From contig NC_057752.1 in assembly GCF_004010195.1 (NCBI RefSeq), forward strand, positions 12,898,381 through 12,962,380: a DNA stretch of 64,000 nt, read 5' to 3'. Every line of letters starts with the position of its first letter. Positions within the stretch are counted from its first letter, which is position 1. This document shows positions 12,616-25,600 of the stretch, in pieces. A program made the position numbers and the translations under genes. The notes beneath the pieces were generated by a model. The model was not told the origin of the DNA and did no database searches. It saw only the letters and a program-made list of their open reading frames with translations. Source of the stretch: Chiloscyllium plagiosum (taxonomy: Eukaryota).

Positions 12616-12994
12616 AGCTTGTTCAACAAGACGGTATTTCCTTATTCACCAATTCTAGAGATGAGATCGATGGTGGCCATTTTGGGGCCCAGCCTCATTC
12701 AAAGACAGCAGACCAGCTGACACCCTTTGACCTTGGCAATTTTGGTGGGTTGAGACCCTGATAGAGCCAAGCAAAATTTCAGAGAGTGGGAGGGATGGGG
12801 ATTTGGACGGTGTGAGATCAGGAGTAATTGCAATAGTTCCACAGAGTCAGTAAAGAAATGGTCTTGTTTGTCTTTGGCTGAGGAATGCTCAGCTTCTCTG
12901 TCCCAGAGGAATGACCATTCGGCTCCAATGTTATGTCGTTTGGAACTGCGGTTAGACCCCTGATTTCAGTCCGGTGTGGCCACATGAGCTTAGA

Positions 12995-13755
12995 CTATAA
13001 GACGTAGGGGTAGGCAATTTGGCTCCCCGTTTGGCCTATTCTCCGCCATTCAGTAGGATCACGGCTGATCCACCATTCCTCATGTCCACGTTCCTGCCCT
13101 TACCCCATCATCCTTGATTCCCCGACTGACCAAGAACCTATCTATCTCAGCCTTAAATATACACAAGGTCTCTGCCCCTACAGCTCTCTGTAGCAAGGAG
13201 CTCCAAAGACTCATAACTCTCAGAGAAGAAATTCCTCCTCAGTTCAGTCTTAAATTGGTGCCCCTTTATTCTGAGACTATGCCCTCATGAGGGGAAACAC
13301 CCTCTCAACATTTACCCTGTTAAACCCCTTAAGAATCTGATATGTTACTCTGAGATCACCTCTCATTCCTCTAAACTCCAGTGTGCAGAGTCTCAACCTG
13401 TTCAGCCTTTGCTCATAAGACAATCCCTCCACACCAGGGATCATCCGAGTGAACCTTTTCTGAACTGCCTCCAATGAAATGATATCCTTCCTTCAATAAG
13501 GGACCAGAGCTGCTCCAGATGTGGTCTCCCCAGCACATTGTACACAGTGAGACTTCCCTACTCTTATACTCCAACCCCCTTGGAATAAGGATCAACATTC
13601 CCTGAGCCTTCCTGATTCCCTGCTGCCCCTGTGTGCTAGCTTTCTGTGTTTCAGTCACCAGTCCCCCCCAAATCCCTTTGTGTTGCAGCTTTCTGTAGTT
13701 TCTCTCCATTTAAATAATACTCTGTTCTTTTGTCCTCCCTTCCAAAATGAACAAA
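12995..13755 (-). mobile_element. CR1 LINE 3' fragment
   Basis: ORF 13277-13474 EAVQKRFTRMIPG..RMRGDL. Confidence 0.88.
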
Positions 13756-13914
13756 GTGAGGCTTGCAAAGGGGTAATATGACAATGAGGTTGCCAACGCC
13801 AAGAAAGAAGCTGCATTTATACGATACCTTTGTTCGAAGCAGCTTCCCAGAATTTATCATGGATGCATGAGTGTGGAAGACTTTTGTTTCCATATCCTCC
13901 GAAATGGGGCTTCA

Positions 13915-14200
13915 TGGGTGGCCCAGTGGTTAGCATTGTTGCCTCACAGCACCAGGGACCTGGTTCGATTCCAGCCTCGGGTGACTGTGTGTGTCGAGTT
14001 TGCACATTCTCTCTGTATCTGTGCAGGTTTCCCTCTGGGTGTTCCAGTTTCCGCTCTCAGTCTGAAGATGTGTATGTTAAGTGGATTGGCCATGCTAAAT
14101 TCCCCAGACTCGGTGGGTTAACCATGGGAAATGATGCTCTTTGGAGGGTCGCGGTGGACTGAATGGCCTGCTTCAACACTGTAGGGACTTTGTGATTCTA
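13915..14200 (+). mobile_element. HE1-type V-SINE
   Basis: tggcccagtggttagcattgttgcctcacagc tRNA-like head, ggttcgattcc B-box, V-domain gagtttgcacattctc, CR1-like tail. Confidence 0.88.
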
Positions 14201-14702
14201 GATGAGATTGCCTGTCCCCACATTATAGAACACAACATATCGGGCAGGGCAATTTTCAGCAGCAAAACAAGGCATTTATAGTCTGGCTGTATGATATTCT
14301 AATGAGACACAGTATACATCATCACTGGCAATGATGTAATGTTACATGATCTTGGTTTTTCAGCTTCGTGGCAAGATGGAACCATTGTGCAATGCTTTGT
14401 AAATAAAGTTAGTGCTTTTCTTACCTCAGCAGGCTCTATATTATATATTTCTTTCAAGACCAAGAGCATTAGATTAGAGGATACCCTACACTTGCTGTTC
14501 CATTGTTTGCTTTTCCCTTTCTTATCCACTAAGTCGGTCAAATCTAAGCATAATACTGCAGATGCTAGAAGACTGAAATAAAAGTGGAAAGTACTGGTAG
14601 ACTCAGCAGCTTTGGCGGCATCTGTGGAGAAAGAAACAGTTAATGTTATCTCTTACATCTCCCAACTCCCACCCCCACACACCAGGTCGTGTTATCATAC
14701 AG

Positions 14703-14838
14703 GAGAAATTGAGGTCTGCAGATGCTGGAGATCAGAGCTGAAAATGTGTTGCTGGAAGGGCTTATGCCCGAAACGTCGATTCTCCTGTTCCCTGGATGCT
14801 GCCTGACCTGCTGCGCTTTTCCAGCAACACATTTTCAG
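14703..14838. mobile_element. 136-bp inverted PLE mini-insertion with 15-bp TSD
   Basis: TSD cgtgttatcatacag at 14688-14702 and 14839-14853; gctgaaaatgtgttgctggaa / ttccagcaacacattttcagc arms. Confidence 0.88.
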
Positions 14839-14933
14839 CGTGTTATCATACAGTCTGCCGTTACACACTAACTAATGTTAGCCGCTAGCAGTCTCCGTCA
14901 ACAGATATTCACCTTCCCAGCCAGATCGTGATC

Positions 14934-16417
14934 GTTCACCATGGATATCCAATCCCTCTACACCTCCATCCGCCATGACCAGGGCCTCCAAGCCCTCCAA
15001 ACGTCCCCAACAGTACCCTTCCACCGACACTCATTCGTTTGGCTGAACTGGTCCTCACCCTTAACAATTTCTCCTTTGAATCCTCCCACTTCCTCCAGAC
15101 CAAAGGGGTAGCCATGGGTACCGGTATGGGTCCCAGCTATGCCTGTCTCTTTGTTGGCTACATAGAACAATCGATCTTCCGTAATTACACTGGCACCACT
15201 TCCCACCTCTTCCTCCACTACATTGATGACTGCATTGGCGCCACCTCGTGCTCCCGCGAGGAGGTTGAGCAATTCATCAACTTCACCAACACATTCCACC
15301 CTGACCTTAAATTTACCTGGACCATCTCTGACACCTCCCTCCCCTTCCTGGACCTCTCCATCTCCATTAATGACGACAGACTTGACACCGGCATTTTTTA
15401 CAAACCCACCGACTCCCACAGCTACCTGGATGACACCTCTTCCCACCCTATCTCTTGCAAAAATGCCATCCCATATCCCCAATTCCTCCGCCTCCGCCGT
15501 ATCTGCTCCCAGGAGAACCAGTTCCACCANNNNNNNNNNNNNNNNNNNNNNNNNNNNNNNNNNNNNNNNNNNNNNNNNNNNNNNNNNNNNNNNNNNNNNN
15601 NNNNNNNNNNNNNNNNNNNNNNNNNNNNNNNNNNNNNNNNNNNNNNNNNNNNNNNNNNNNNNNNNNNNNNNNNNNNNNNNNNNNNNNNNNNNNNNNNNNN
15701 NNNNNNNNNNNNNNNNNNNNNNNNNNNNNNNNNNNNNNNNNNNNNNNNNNNNNNNNNNNNNNNNNNNNNNNNNNNNNNNNNNNNNNNNNNNNNNNNNNNN
15801 NNNNNNNNNNNNNNNNNNNNNNNNNNNNNNNNNNNNNNNNNNNNNNNNNNNNNNNNNNNNNNNNNNNNNNNNNNNNNNNNNNNNNNNNNNNNNNNNNNNN
15901 NNNNNNNNNNNNNNNNNNNNNNNNNNNNNNNNNNNNNNNNNNNNNNNNNNNNNNNNNNNNNNNNNNNNNNNNNNNNNNNNNNNNNNNNNNNNNNNNNNNN
16001 NNNNNNNNNNNNNNNNNNNNNNNNNNNNNNNNNNNNNNNNNNNNNNNNNNNNNNNNNNNNNNNNNNNNNNNNNNNNNNNNNNNNNNNNNNNNNNNNNNNN
16101 NNNNNNNNNNNNNNNNNNNNNNNNNNNNNNNNNNNNNNNNNNNNNNNNNNNNNNNNNNNNNNNNNNNNNNNNNNNNNNNNNNNNNNNNNNNNNNNNNNNN
16201 NNNNNNNNNNNNNNNNNNNNNNNNNNNNNNNNNNNNNCCCCACTCCCCTATTGTACTCTATGCTACTTTCTCCCCACCCCCAACCTCCTCTCATTTATCT
16301 CTCCACGCTTCAGGCACTCTGCCTGTATTCCTGATGAAGGGCTTTTGCCCGAAACATCAATTTTCCTGCTCCTTGGATGCTGTCTGAACTGCTGTGCTTT
16401 TCCAGCACCACTCTAAT
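14934..16417 (+). mobile_element. 5'-truncated Penelope-like element with RT coding region (spans assembly gap)
   Basis: LVLTLNNFSF..QTKGVAMGT.MGPSYACLF..YIDDCIG..LPFLDLSI..FYKPTDSHSYL is PLE-type RT/thumb; hammerhead at 16327-16360; TSD ccagatcgt(g/t)atc at 14921-14933 and 16418-16430. Confidence 0.9.
15530..16237. other. Assembly gap (708 N)
   Basis: Run of n. Confidence 1.
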
Positions 16418-17449
16418 CCAGATCGTTATCCACTCCTTTGTCTATCCAGCTGTTCTTCTCTCTCCTTGGGCTCTCTTCTCACCTATCATTCACTCTATAC
16501 CCCCTTCCCCCATGCTATCTTCAACATATAAACTGACATTTTCCTAGCCACCATCGGTTCTGAGGAAGGGCCACTGGACCTGAAACGTTAACTTTGATTT
16601 CTCTTCACAGATGCTGCCAGACCTGCTCAGCTCTTCCAGCAACATCTTTGCTTTCTGATTTATAGCACCTGCAGTTCTTTAGGTTTTTAGTTAATGTTTT
16701 GAGTCCGGAATGACTCTTGTGATGTTTGTTACTTAAATCAGTAGCTCACAAAGTGGTCTGTAGACCACTGGTGGTTTGAGAGGGTCTTCCCAATGACTCA
16801 CAGGATGGTCCAAGATCCAAGTCACTGAGGTGCAACACCACAGCTGAGGCCATATGAGAGAACAGACTAGAACTTTCAAGTTGACCACTCGCTTGATGGC
16901 ACCTGACATGATCATGTGTGTGGCATGTGTCTCCACAAACACACACAACGGCAACGTCAGCTAATAGTCAAGATTTATGGATCTGTGGATTTTGTTTGAT
17001 GTTTAGATATGAGACAAGTATTAGCTTCTCAAAAGAACGATTGATTTTGCATCACAGATTCGAATGTTTCAAATGAACCTGTATTCCCTTGCAGTATTCA
17101 TGTTTATCATTTGCAAATGTCTATTTTAGGTATTTATTTGATGCTTAATTTGAATAAATATACATAAATGTACTTAGAGCAGAAAAAAAGGCCACAAAAT
17201 ATTTCGAGCTTCCATAAGTTTCCATTCCTTCTGGTGAGTCTTATTCAGTGGCAAGAGAAAATGGCTGAGGTTAGACCAGGATAGAAATGTTTGAGAGCCA
17301 TTGACTGCACCAAAATCATTTGTGAACTTGGGGTGGTAGAGGGAGCGGTAGCTAAGGGGACAATGGATTACCATCTGTTGGCCAACATGAAACTGAACAC
17401 CAGGAACAGGAGGAAGCCGTTTGATCCGTCAAATCATTTTTAAAAATTC

Positions 17450-18005
17450 TTTCATGGGTGTCACTGGCTGGGCCCAGCATTTTTTGCCTATCCTGAGTTG
17501 CCCCCTCGAGAAAGTGGTGGTTAGCTGCCTTGTGCTATAGGTTGACCGACAATATCCTGAGGGAGGGAATTCCAGGATTCTGACCCAGCGACACTGAAGG
17601 AACGGTGATATATTTCCAAGTCAAGATGATGAGTGGCTTGGAGGGGAACTTGCAGAGGGTGGTGTTCCCATATATCTGCTGCCCTTGATCTTCTAGATGG
17701 AAGTGGTCGTGTGTTTGGAAGGTGCTGTCTGAGGATCTTTGGTGAATTTCTGCAGTGCCTCTTGTACATGGTACACACTGCTGCTACTGAGCATTGGTAG
17801 TTGTGGAAGTGGATCTTTGCAGATGTGGTGCTAAACAAGCGGGCTGCTTTGTCCTGGATGGTGTCAAATTCCTTGAGTGTTGTTAGAGTTGCACCCATCC
17901 AGACAAATGGGGAGTATTCCATTGCACTCCTGCTTTATGTCTTGTAGGTAGTGGACAGGCTTTGGTGAGTCAGGAGGTGAGTTACTCACTGCAGAATTCC
18001 AGTTC
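17450..18005 (-). mobile_element. Family C LINE (CR1/L2 group) 3' fragment
   Basis: ORF 17521-17922 MEYSPFVWMGA..TLKEFDTIQDKAARLF..WNSLP is a non-LTR ORF2 C-terminus distinct from HER1. Confidence 0.85.
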
Positions 18006-18124
18006 TTGTCGTTTATATGGTGTGTCCGGTTGAGTTTCTGGTCAGTGGAAATTCCCAGTATGTTGACAGTACGAATTTCACATGCAAGCCAGTCTGTTTA
18101 AGTACAGCAAATCTTTTATCCCTC

Positions 18125-18340
18125 AATGACCTTTGTGAGTGAGCCAGATGGGTTTTTATGACAATCTGGTGATTTTGCAGTCACTGTTACTGGTATTAGC
18201 TTTTTATTTAATTGTGGCTGTATGTAAAAAATTGAACTTAAATTCTCCAGCAGCTGTGATAGGATTTGAACTAAAATCTCCAGATCAGTAATCCTGGCCT
18301 CTGGATTATTAATGCAACAAGATGACCACTGCGCCCATGT
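18125..18340 (-). mobile_element. SINE family B fragment
   Basis: gagccagatgggtttttatgacaat..ggatttgaac..ctctggattatt. Confidence 0.65.
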
Positions 18341-18639
18341 AATGCCGGTCAATAGTCAGGAGTTTTATGTAGCGAGTGGGTACTTAGGTTGATTTTTCTT
18401 CCCTTGGAATAAAGCACTGAGGAAAATTGTTGTATTTTAACACAGCACAGAATAGGGATCGAACCTTCCAGTTCTGTCAGGCGCAGTACTACACCAGGAC
18501 GTGTATTTGCCAGTAAGCCATTGGGACTCTTTCCCCCCCCCCCCCCCACCCTTCTGTTGTACAGCAATGTCATTTCTTGGAACTATCTGAAAACTCTAAT
18601 GCTAACTCCCACCAAATCCTGTCCACCAGACTACTTTGG

Positions 18640-19100
18640 ATCCCCATATCTAAGAGATAAGAGAGAGGCAAGAGTGGACATTGGACCGCTGGAAAATGAA
18701 ACTAGAGATGTAGTATTAGGGAACAAAGAAATGGCAGAGGAACTGAACAGGAACTTTGCATCAGTTTCAGAATGGAAGATACCAGCAGCATACTAGAGCT
18801 TCAAGAGAGTCAGGGCAGAGATGAGTGCAATGGCCATCACTAAGGAGAAGGTGCTGGGGTGGCTGAAAGGTCAGAAGGTGGATAAATTACCCAGTCCAGA
18901 TGGACTACACCCCAGAGTTCTGAACAAGATAGCTGAAGAGATTGTAGAGACATTGGTGATGAGCTTGCAGTAATCACTGGAGTCAGGGAGGATCCCAGAG
19001 GACTGGAAAGTAGCTAATGTAACACACCTGTTTAAGAAGGGAGGTGAGCAGAAGACAGGAAACTATAGGCCCAGTTAGCCTGACCTCATTCATTGGTGAG
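18640..19100 (+). mobile_element. CR1 ORF2 internal fragment
   Basis: EMAEELNRNFASV; ccagatggactacaccccagagttctg; gactggaaagtagctaatgtaacac. Confidence 0.85.
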
Positions 19101-19479
19101 ATTGGGAAGGGTTGGGGTGAGGAAGGAGGGGGGGAGGGTTGGGGTTGGGGTGGAGGTGGGGTGGAGGAGGCAGCGTGGTGTGATGGAGGAGATGGAGGTG
19201 TGATGGGTCTACCTACAGCACATGGACTGCAACGGTTCAAGAAGACAGCTGACTATCATCTCAATTGGCACTGGGTATGGTCAATAAGTGCTGGGTCAGC
19301 TAGCCACGCCCACATCCTACAAACAAATAGCAAATAAGCTCCAAACCGACAAGAAGTTGGTTGACTCTCAACCGTCCTCTGAAATGGCCCCAGTTAAAAT
19401 CTTTTTTTAAAGGTGATTAGGGATGGGCAGCATATGCCCCAATTAGCAAGATATTGAAAGGTGCTTGGCACTTGTGGCA

Positions 19480-20262
19480 CACACACAGTACAGAAAGAGA
19501 CCCTTCGGTCCAAACCAGTCCATGCCGACCATAATCCTAAACTAAACTAGTCCCACCTGTCTGTGCTTGGTCCATATTGCTCCAAACCTTTCCTATTCAT
19601 GTACTTCTCCAAATATCTTTTAAATGTTGTAACCGTACCTGAATCCACTGCTTACTCAGGAAATTGATTCAATGCACAAACCACCCTCTGTGCCAAACAT
19701 TTGCACCTCACATCTCTTTTAAATCTCTCTATTCTCACCTTAAAAATGTGCCCTCTATTCGTGAAATCCCCCAACCTAGGAAAAGGCACCTACTGTTAAC
19801 TCTATCTATATCTCTCATGATTTTATACATTTCTATAAGGTCACCTCTCAATCTCCTATGCTGCAATGAAAAAGGTCCCTGCCTATCCAGCCTTTCTTTA
19901 TAAGTCCAATCTTTTGTACCCGTTAAATTTACCAGTATCTTGGCAAATTTCTTCTGAACCCTCTCCAGTTTAATAATATCCTTCCTGTAACAGGGCGATC
20001 AGAACTGGGCACAATACTCCAGAAGAGGCCTCACCAATGTCCTGAACAACCTCAACATGACGTCCCAACTCCTACACTCAAAGGGCTGAGCAATGAAGGC
20101 CAGTGTGCTACACATCTTCTTAACCCCCCCTGTCTATATGTGACGCAAACTTCAAAGAACGATGTACCTGAACCCCTAGGTGTGTCTGCTCTACAACAGT
20201 ACCTAAGGCCCTACCATTAATTGTATAAGTCCTACCCCTGTTTGTTGTACCAAAGTGCAATA
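19480..20262 (-). mobile_element. CR1 LINE 3' fragment
   Basis: Homologous to 9512-9975 and 21436-21840. Confidence 0.85.
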
Positions 20263-20949
20263 CCGAGATCGGTCAAGATGGCACAAGTTCAGGATTCATT
20301 CCATCCGGCAAGGCTGAGTTTGAACTCCTGTCCCAGACTTAAAACACCAACTTCACACACATCACAGCTAAGTTGACCATAGCTTGAGGTATACCAGAGT
20401 ACAGTCAGCTCAGAGCATTCAGGTCATGGGTGTTGTGTGTCACAAAGCGTCTGTCAAATCCTTACCGTCACTGAGTGAAAGCTCCCTGACTGACTCTCTG
20501 AGCCTCACTGCAGCCTGAACATGACAGCAATGGTATGAAAATACAGTTGTGTACGTGCAGATAAATCTTCTACTTGCACTTTCAAAGTGACATGCTGGCT
20601 TCACTAACTCCTTGTAGGCATGGTTACCATTAGTTTAATATTAATTCATGGGACTGAACCTTCACCCTTGTCAAAATTAGATCTATAAACCATCACCGTT
20701 GAGCTCACCATTCCATACCTCTTGTTAATTAGACACATATGTGAGAAAAAGATTGCAAGCTGCTCCATTTGCTATATGTTCTGTATGCTGTGGAACAGCC
20801 AAAGGGGTGCATAGTTTTCTCAGACATAAATGGCATTCTTTAGAGGGCTCCTTTCTCGAGAAAAGGAAAAGAAAAATGAGGGTGATCTAGAATCTGAGAG
20901 TCATAAAGTTAGCATGGCAAAGAAAGAGACCATTTGGCCTCTTCCAGCT

Positions 20950-22790
20950 CTAGGATTGGTATCCAAGTTTATGAAAGGGTTTCAATGGGTAGATGCGGAG
21001 AAGGTTGTGCCTTCTTGCAGGGGAGACCCGAGCTAGGGGCTATCAATTTAGGATAGCCGCTAATAAACTTAACAGCCAACATACAGGGATATTTAATCTT
21101 TTGTAGAGACGGGAGGGATGGAAAAGAAAGTAGGGTAGAGTTTTTGAGGAAGTGTTCACCAGTGTGGATAGAGGGGAGCCAGTAGATGTCTTGTATTTGG
21201 ATTTTCAGAAGATGTTCGACAGGGTACCTCACAAAAGGTTAAGTCATAAGTGCTTGTGGTGTTGGAGGTAGTGTATCGGTCAGGATAGAGAATTGGCTCA
21301 TGGGTAGGAAACATCGAGGGGTTCTTTTTCAGGTTGGTAACCCGTGACCCGGGGTTCCACAGGGATTAGTGCAAGGACTGCAACTGCTTACCATGTCTAT
21401 TAATGACTTGGAGAAAGGAAGTGACTGTAAGCAAGAATCACCCCTCAACCTCCTACAATTCAAAGAAAAATGTCCCAGCTTTTCCAGTCTATTTTTGTCT
21501 CTCGACCCTTCCATTTCCGGCAACATCCTGGTAAATTTCTTCTGAACCTTCTCCAGTTTAATAATTTCCTTCCTATAACAGGGAGACGAGAATTGAATAC
21601 AGTACTCCAGAAGAGGCCTTACCAATGTCCTGTACAGCCTCAACGTGACTTCCCAACTCCTACACTCAAAGGTCTGAGCAGTGAAGGCAAGCATGCTAAA
21701 CATCTGTGACTCAAACTTCAAAGAATTATGTACCTGCACCCCTCGGTCTCTCTGTTCTACAACACTACCCAAGGCCCTACCATTAACTGTATAAGTCTTG
21801 TTGTTTGTTTTACCAAAATGCAGTACCTCGCACTTACTCAAAATAAGCTCACATCTGCTACTCCCCAGTCTGTTGAACCAATTGATTACGATCTTTTTGT
21901 AATCTCAGATAATCTTCTTCACTGTCCATGATGCCACCAATTTTGGTATCATCTTACTGACCATGCCTCCTATATTCTCATCCAAATCATTTATATAAAT
22001 GACAAACAAAAGTGGACCCAGCACCGATCCGTGTGAAACACCCATGGTTCGCTAGCCTCCAGTCCGAAAAACAATCCTCCACCTCCATCTGTCTTCTACC
22101 AACTGGGGGACTTGTGCCTGAAACACAGAAAGCAGCACACACGGGCAGCAGGGAATCAGGAAGGCTCAGGGAATGTTGGCCCTTATTCCAAGGGAGTTGG
22201 AGTGTAAGAGTAGGGAAGTCTTACTATAACTGTACAAGGTGCTGGTGAGACCACGTCTGGAACACTGTGAGCAGCTCTGGTCCCTTGTTTACGGAAAGAT
22301 GTCATTTCATTGGAGACAGTTCAGAGAAGGTTCACTAGGATGATCCCTGGTGTGGAGAAAAGGTTAAACAGGTTGGGACTCTACTCACTGGGGTTGAGAA
22401 GGATGAGAGCTGATCTCAGTGTAACATATTGGATACTTAAGGGGCTTGACAGGGTAAATACTGAGAGAATGTTTCCCCTCCTGGGAGAGTCTAGGACTAG
22501 AGGGCATAGTCTCAGAATAAAGGGGCACCAATTTAAGACTGAGATGTAGAAGAATTTCTTCTCCCAGCGAGTTTCGAACTCCTTGCCACAGAGATCTGTG
22601 AGGACAGATTCCTTGTGTATATTTATGGCTAGGGGATAGATTTTTGTTCAGTTGGGGAATCAAAGGTTATGAGGAAAGGGCAGCAAAATGGACGTGAGGA
22701 ATGTTGGATCAGTTATGATGCTGTTGAATGGTGGAGTAGGCCTGAGGGACTGAATGGCCTATTCCAATTGCTATTTCTTATGGCTTTATG
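20950..22790. mobile_element. Cluster of CR1 fragments: + (20950-21435), - (21436-22100), + (22104-22790)
   Basis: ORF 21329-21841 KCEVLHFG..LVRPLLEYCIQF; ORF 22310-22549 ETVQRRFTRMIPG. Confidence 0.85.
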
Positions 22791-22954
22791 TTTAGTGAGG
22801 AATTCAAGAGAAATCTCTCTAGTCAGAAAGTTGGGAAAATGTAGAAATCACAGCCAGAGGGAGTGCTTGAGAATCATGTTGATGCATTTTCAATAAAGAC
22901 ATGAGGGAGAAAGAAATGGAAGGATATGTTTGTCAAACTTTCTGAGTAAAGGGA

Positions 22955-23305
22955 GAAAGGAGGTGTACTGCTAATGTCACTGGACTAGTAATCCAGACAC
23001 GCAACCTAATATTCTGCGGTCATGGATTCAAATCCCACTTTGATAGCTGGTAGTATTTAAATTTAATAAATAAATATGGAATATAAAGTTAGTCTCAGTG
23101 CGGATGGCCATGAAATTCTCAGCAATTGTTGGAAAAACCTATCTGGTTCACTAATGTCCTTTAGAGAAGGAAACTGCCATCTTTACCTGGCCTGGCATAC
23201 ATGCGACTCTAGACTCTCAGCAGTGTGGTTGACTCTTAACTACCCTCTGGGCAAATCGAGACGGGGAATAAATGCTGGCCTAGCCAGTGATGCCTACATC
23301 ACATG
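22955..23305 (+). mobile_element. SINE family B
   Basis: ctggactagtaatccagac head, atctggttcactaatgtcctttag core, aataaatgctggcctagccag tail. Confidence 0.82.
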
Positions 23306-23389
23306 AAAAGGATTTTAAAGAAGAGACGCATAAATGCTGACATGAATCTGTCAGGTGAACAGCCTGTTTCTGTGCTGTACATATTTTGC

Positions 23390-23710
23390 ATCTCTGTAAC
23401 CTCCTCCAGCTCCACAACCCTTCAGGATTTCCACACACTTCCGATTCTGGCCTCTTGTGCATCCCTTGCTCCACCCTTGGTGACCGTGCCTTTAGCTGTC
23501 CAGGCCTCAAACTCTAGAATTTCGTCCCCAAACCTCTCTATCCCTCTCCACTCAAAAGATATTAATTAGAGGTTACCTCTTTGAGATTTTGATCATTTGT
23601 CATCATATCTCTTTACGTTCAGTGTTAAATTTTATCTGGTAACAATCCTATGACGTATTGCCACATTGTTCCCTGTGTGAAAGATGCTACGTAAATGCAA
23701 GTTGCTGCTG
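23390..23710 (+). mobile_element. L2-type LINE 3' end
   Basis: ggtgaccgtgcctttagctgtccaggcctcaaactctagaatt (G.RAFS..GP.LWN-like) and aaagatgctacgtaaatgcaagttg tail. Confidence 0.65.
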
Positions 23711-24514
23711 GCAATCTTTCTCTGCTAACGTTTCACCCAAAATGACAGATGGGACCTACGCAAGGATGTTTTAGACATGGCACCCCCTACAAATCGAAGG
23801 GACTAAGAGACCACTCGATTTCAGTAGTTCAAAGTGATTTGAGAATTCGAGAGGCAGACTGAACAACGTGATTTTCAGTGATGGGAGAGTCTAGCTCCAG
23901 GAGGTTTAACATTAACTTTCCAATTAGTCTATTAAGGGGCGATGTCAGGAAGCACTTACCACACAAAGGGGAGTGGAAATTTGGAATGTGCTAAACCCCA
24001 CCCCCACAAAAATGCTGTGGTGGCTGATTGGAGAGTTGTGGTTAGTTGCAAACTTTGAAACTGAATGTTTATTATTGAGTGAAGGGATTGATGAGGGCAT
24101 TGAGGGTTAGGGTGCCAAGACTAACAGATGGTATCAGTATACTGAATGCTCAAACTCAAATTGAATAGCAGAATGGGTTTAAGGGGCTGATTGGTCACCT
24201 CTTGTTCCTGTCTGACATTCTAAAGGGAAATGAGTCATAAACACTTCCAAAGGAGACAAATAGATAGTGTATATTTTCAATGGGAAAGCTTATACAGTTT
24301 ATACAAAAGGTGATGTGTATATCTTCATCTGTAAACCTGGTAAAAGCTATAAAGAGACAAAGGTAATCAGTTGAAGGGGCAGTATTTTTCACTCTAAAAT
24401 GTATTTTGTCCCACATTCCTCTCTCTTGACTCTCATTGATGACAAATGCCCTCTAATCCCACAATAACCGTGTATTCTTAATGTGGGAATCTAATTGGTC
24501 AGCGATTAGGACAA

Positions 24515-25600
24515 CCGTAAGATGTAGGAGCAGCAGTAGGCCATTCAGCCCATTGAGTGTACTTTGTCATTCAATGAGGCCACGGCTGATCTGATAATTC
24601 CCAACTCCACTCTCTTGCCTTTTCCCTGTAACCCCTTGATTCCCCTTCCTGATTAAACATCTCTCTGTCTCAGCCTTGAGTATACTCACTGATCCAGCCC
24701 CGACAGCCCTCTGTGGGAAAGAATTACACAGACCCACTCCCCTCTGAGGGAAGAAATTTCTCCTCATCTCTGTCTTCAATGGGTGACCCCTTATTCTGGG
24801 ATTGTACTCTCTGGTCCTAGACTCTCTCCCACAAGGGGAAACAACCTCTCCACATCCCCCCAGTCAAGTCCCCCAGGGAATCTTAGATGTTTCAATAAGG
24901 TCACCTCTCATTCTTCTAAACCCCAATGAGTCCAGGCCCAACCTCCTCAACCTCTCCTCATGGGACAGTCCCTCCATACCCGGGATCAGCCGAGTGGACC
25001 TTCTCTGGGCTGCCTCCAATGTCAGTCTGTCTGTGCTGGCTCAGTGGTTAGTACTGCCACCTCATAGCACCAAGGGCCCTGGTTTGATTCCACCCTTGAT
25101 AGCACCAAGGGCCCTGGTTTGATTCCACCCTTGGGTTACTGTCTGTGTGGAGTTTGTACATTCTCCCCATGTCTGCGTGGGTTTCCTCTGGGTGCTGCGG
25201 TTTCTTGCCACAGTCCAGAACTGTGCAGGTTGGGGTGGATTGGCCGTACTAGATTGCCCATCGTATCCAGGGGTGTATTGGTTACGTGGATTCGCCATGG
25301 GAAATGTAGGATTACAGGGTTAGGGTGAGGGGGTGGGTCTGGGTGGAATGCTCTTCAGAGGGTTGGTGTATACTTGATGGGCTGAATGACCTGCTTCCAC
25401 ACTATTGGGATTCTATGATTCCTTCGATAAGGGATCTCAAACTGTTCACAGTATTCTAGTTGTGGTCCAACTAGTGCCTTGTATGTTTCAATAACCATGT
25501 ATTCTCATTCTTCTAAACTCCAACGAGTACAGGCTCAACCTACTCAGCCTCTTCTCCCAAGACAGTCCCTCTATACCCGGGATCAGCCAAGTGAACCTTC
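24515..25600 (-). mobile_element. CR1 3' fragment(s) interrupted by an HE1 SINE
   Basis: ORF 24567-24779 KTEMRRNFFPQRGVGLCNS; resumes after 25420. Confidence 0.85.
25035..25420 (+). mobile_element. HE1-type V-SINE with 35-bp internal duplication of the B-box region
   Basis: atagcaccaagggccctggtttgattccacccttg occurs twice in tandem. Confidence 0.88.

Larger units (their letters stand above)
14550..16690. mobile_element. Host PLE terminal-repeat region carrying two nested PLE insertions
   Basis: Antisense pLTR end at 14550-14647; sense pLTR with gtt-ctgagga...gaaa-cgtt-aac at 16557-16592; host sequence resumes after each TSD. Confidence 0.65.

Noticed and set aside
15039..16416. Long ORFs of 290-431 aa in the ORF track
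   Set aside because: Their length comes from the N gap; only 15039-15529 (PLE RT) is real coding-like sequence.
19100..19205. G-rich tract as a functional G-quadruplex (also 47320-47405)
   Set aside because: Low-complexity filler between repeat fragments with no independent evidence of function.
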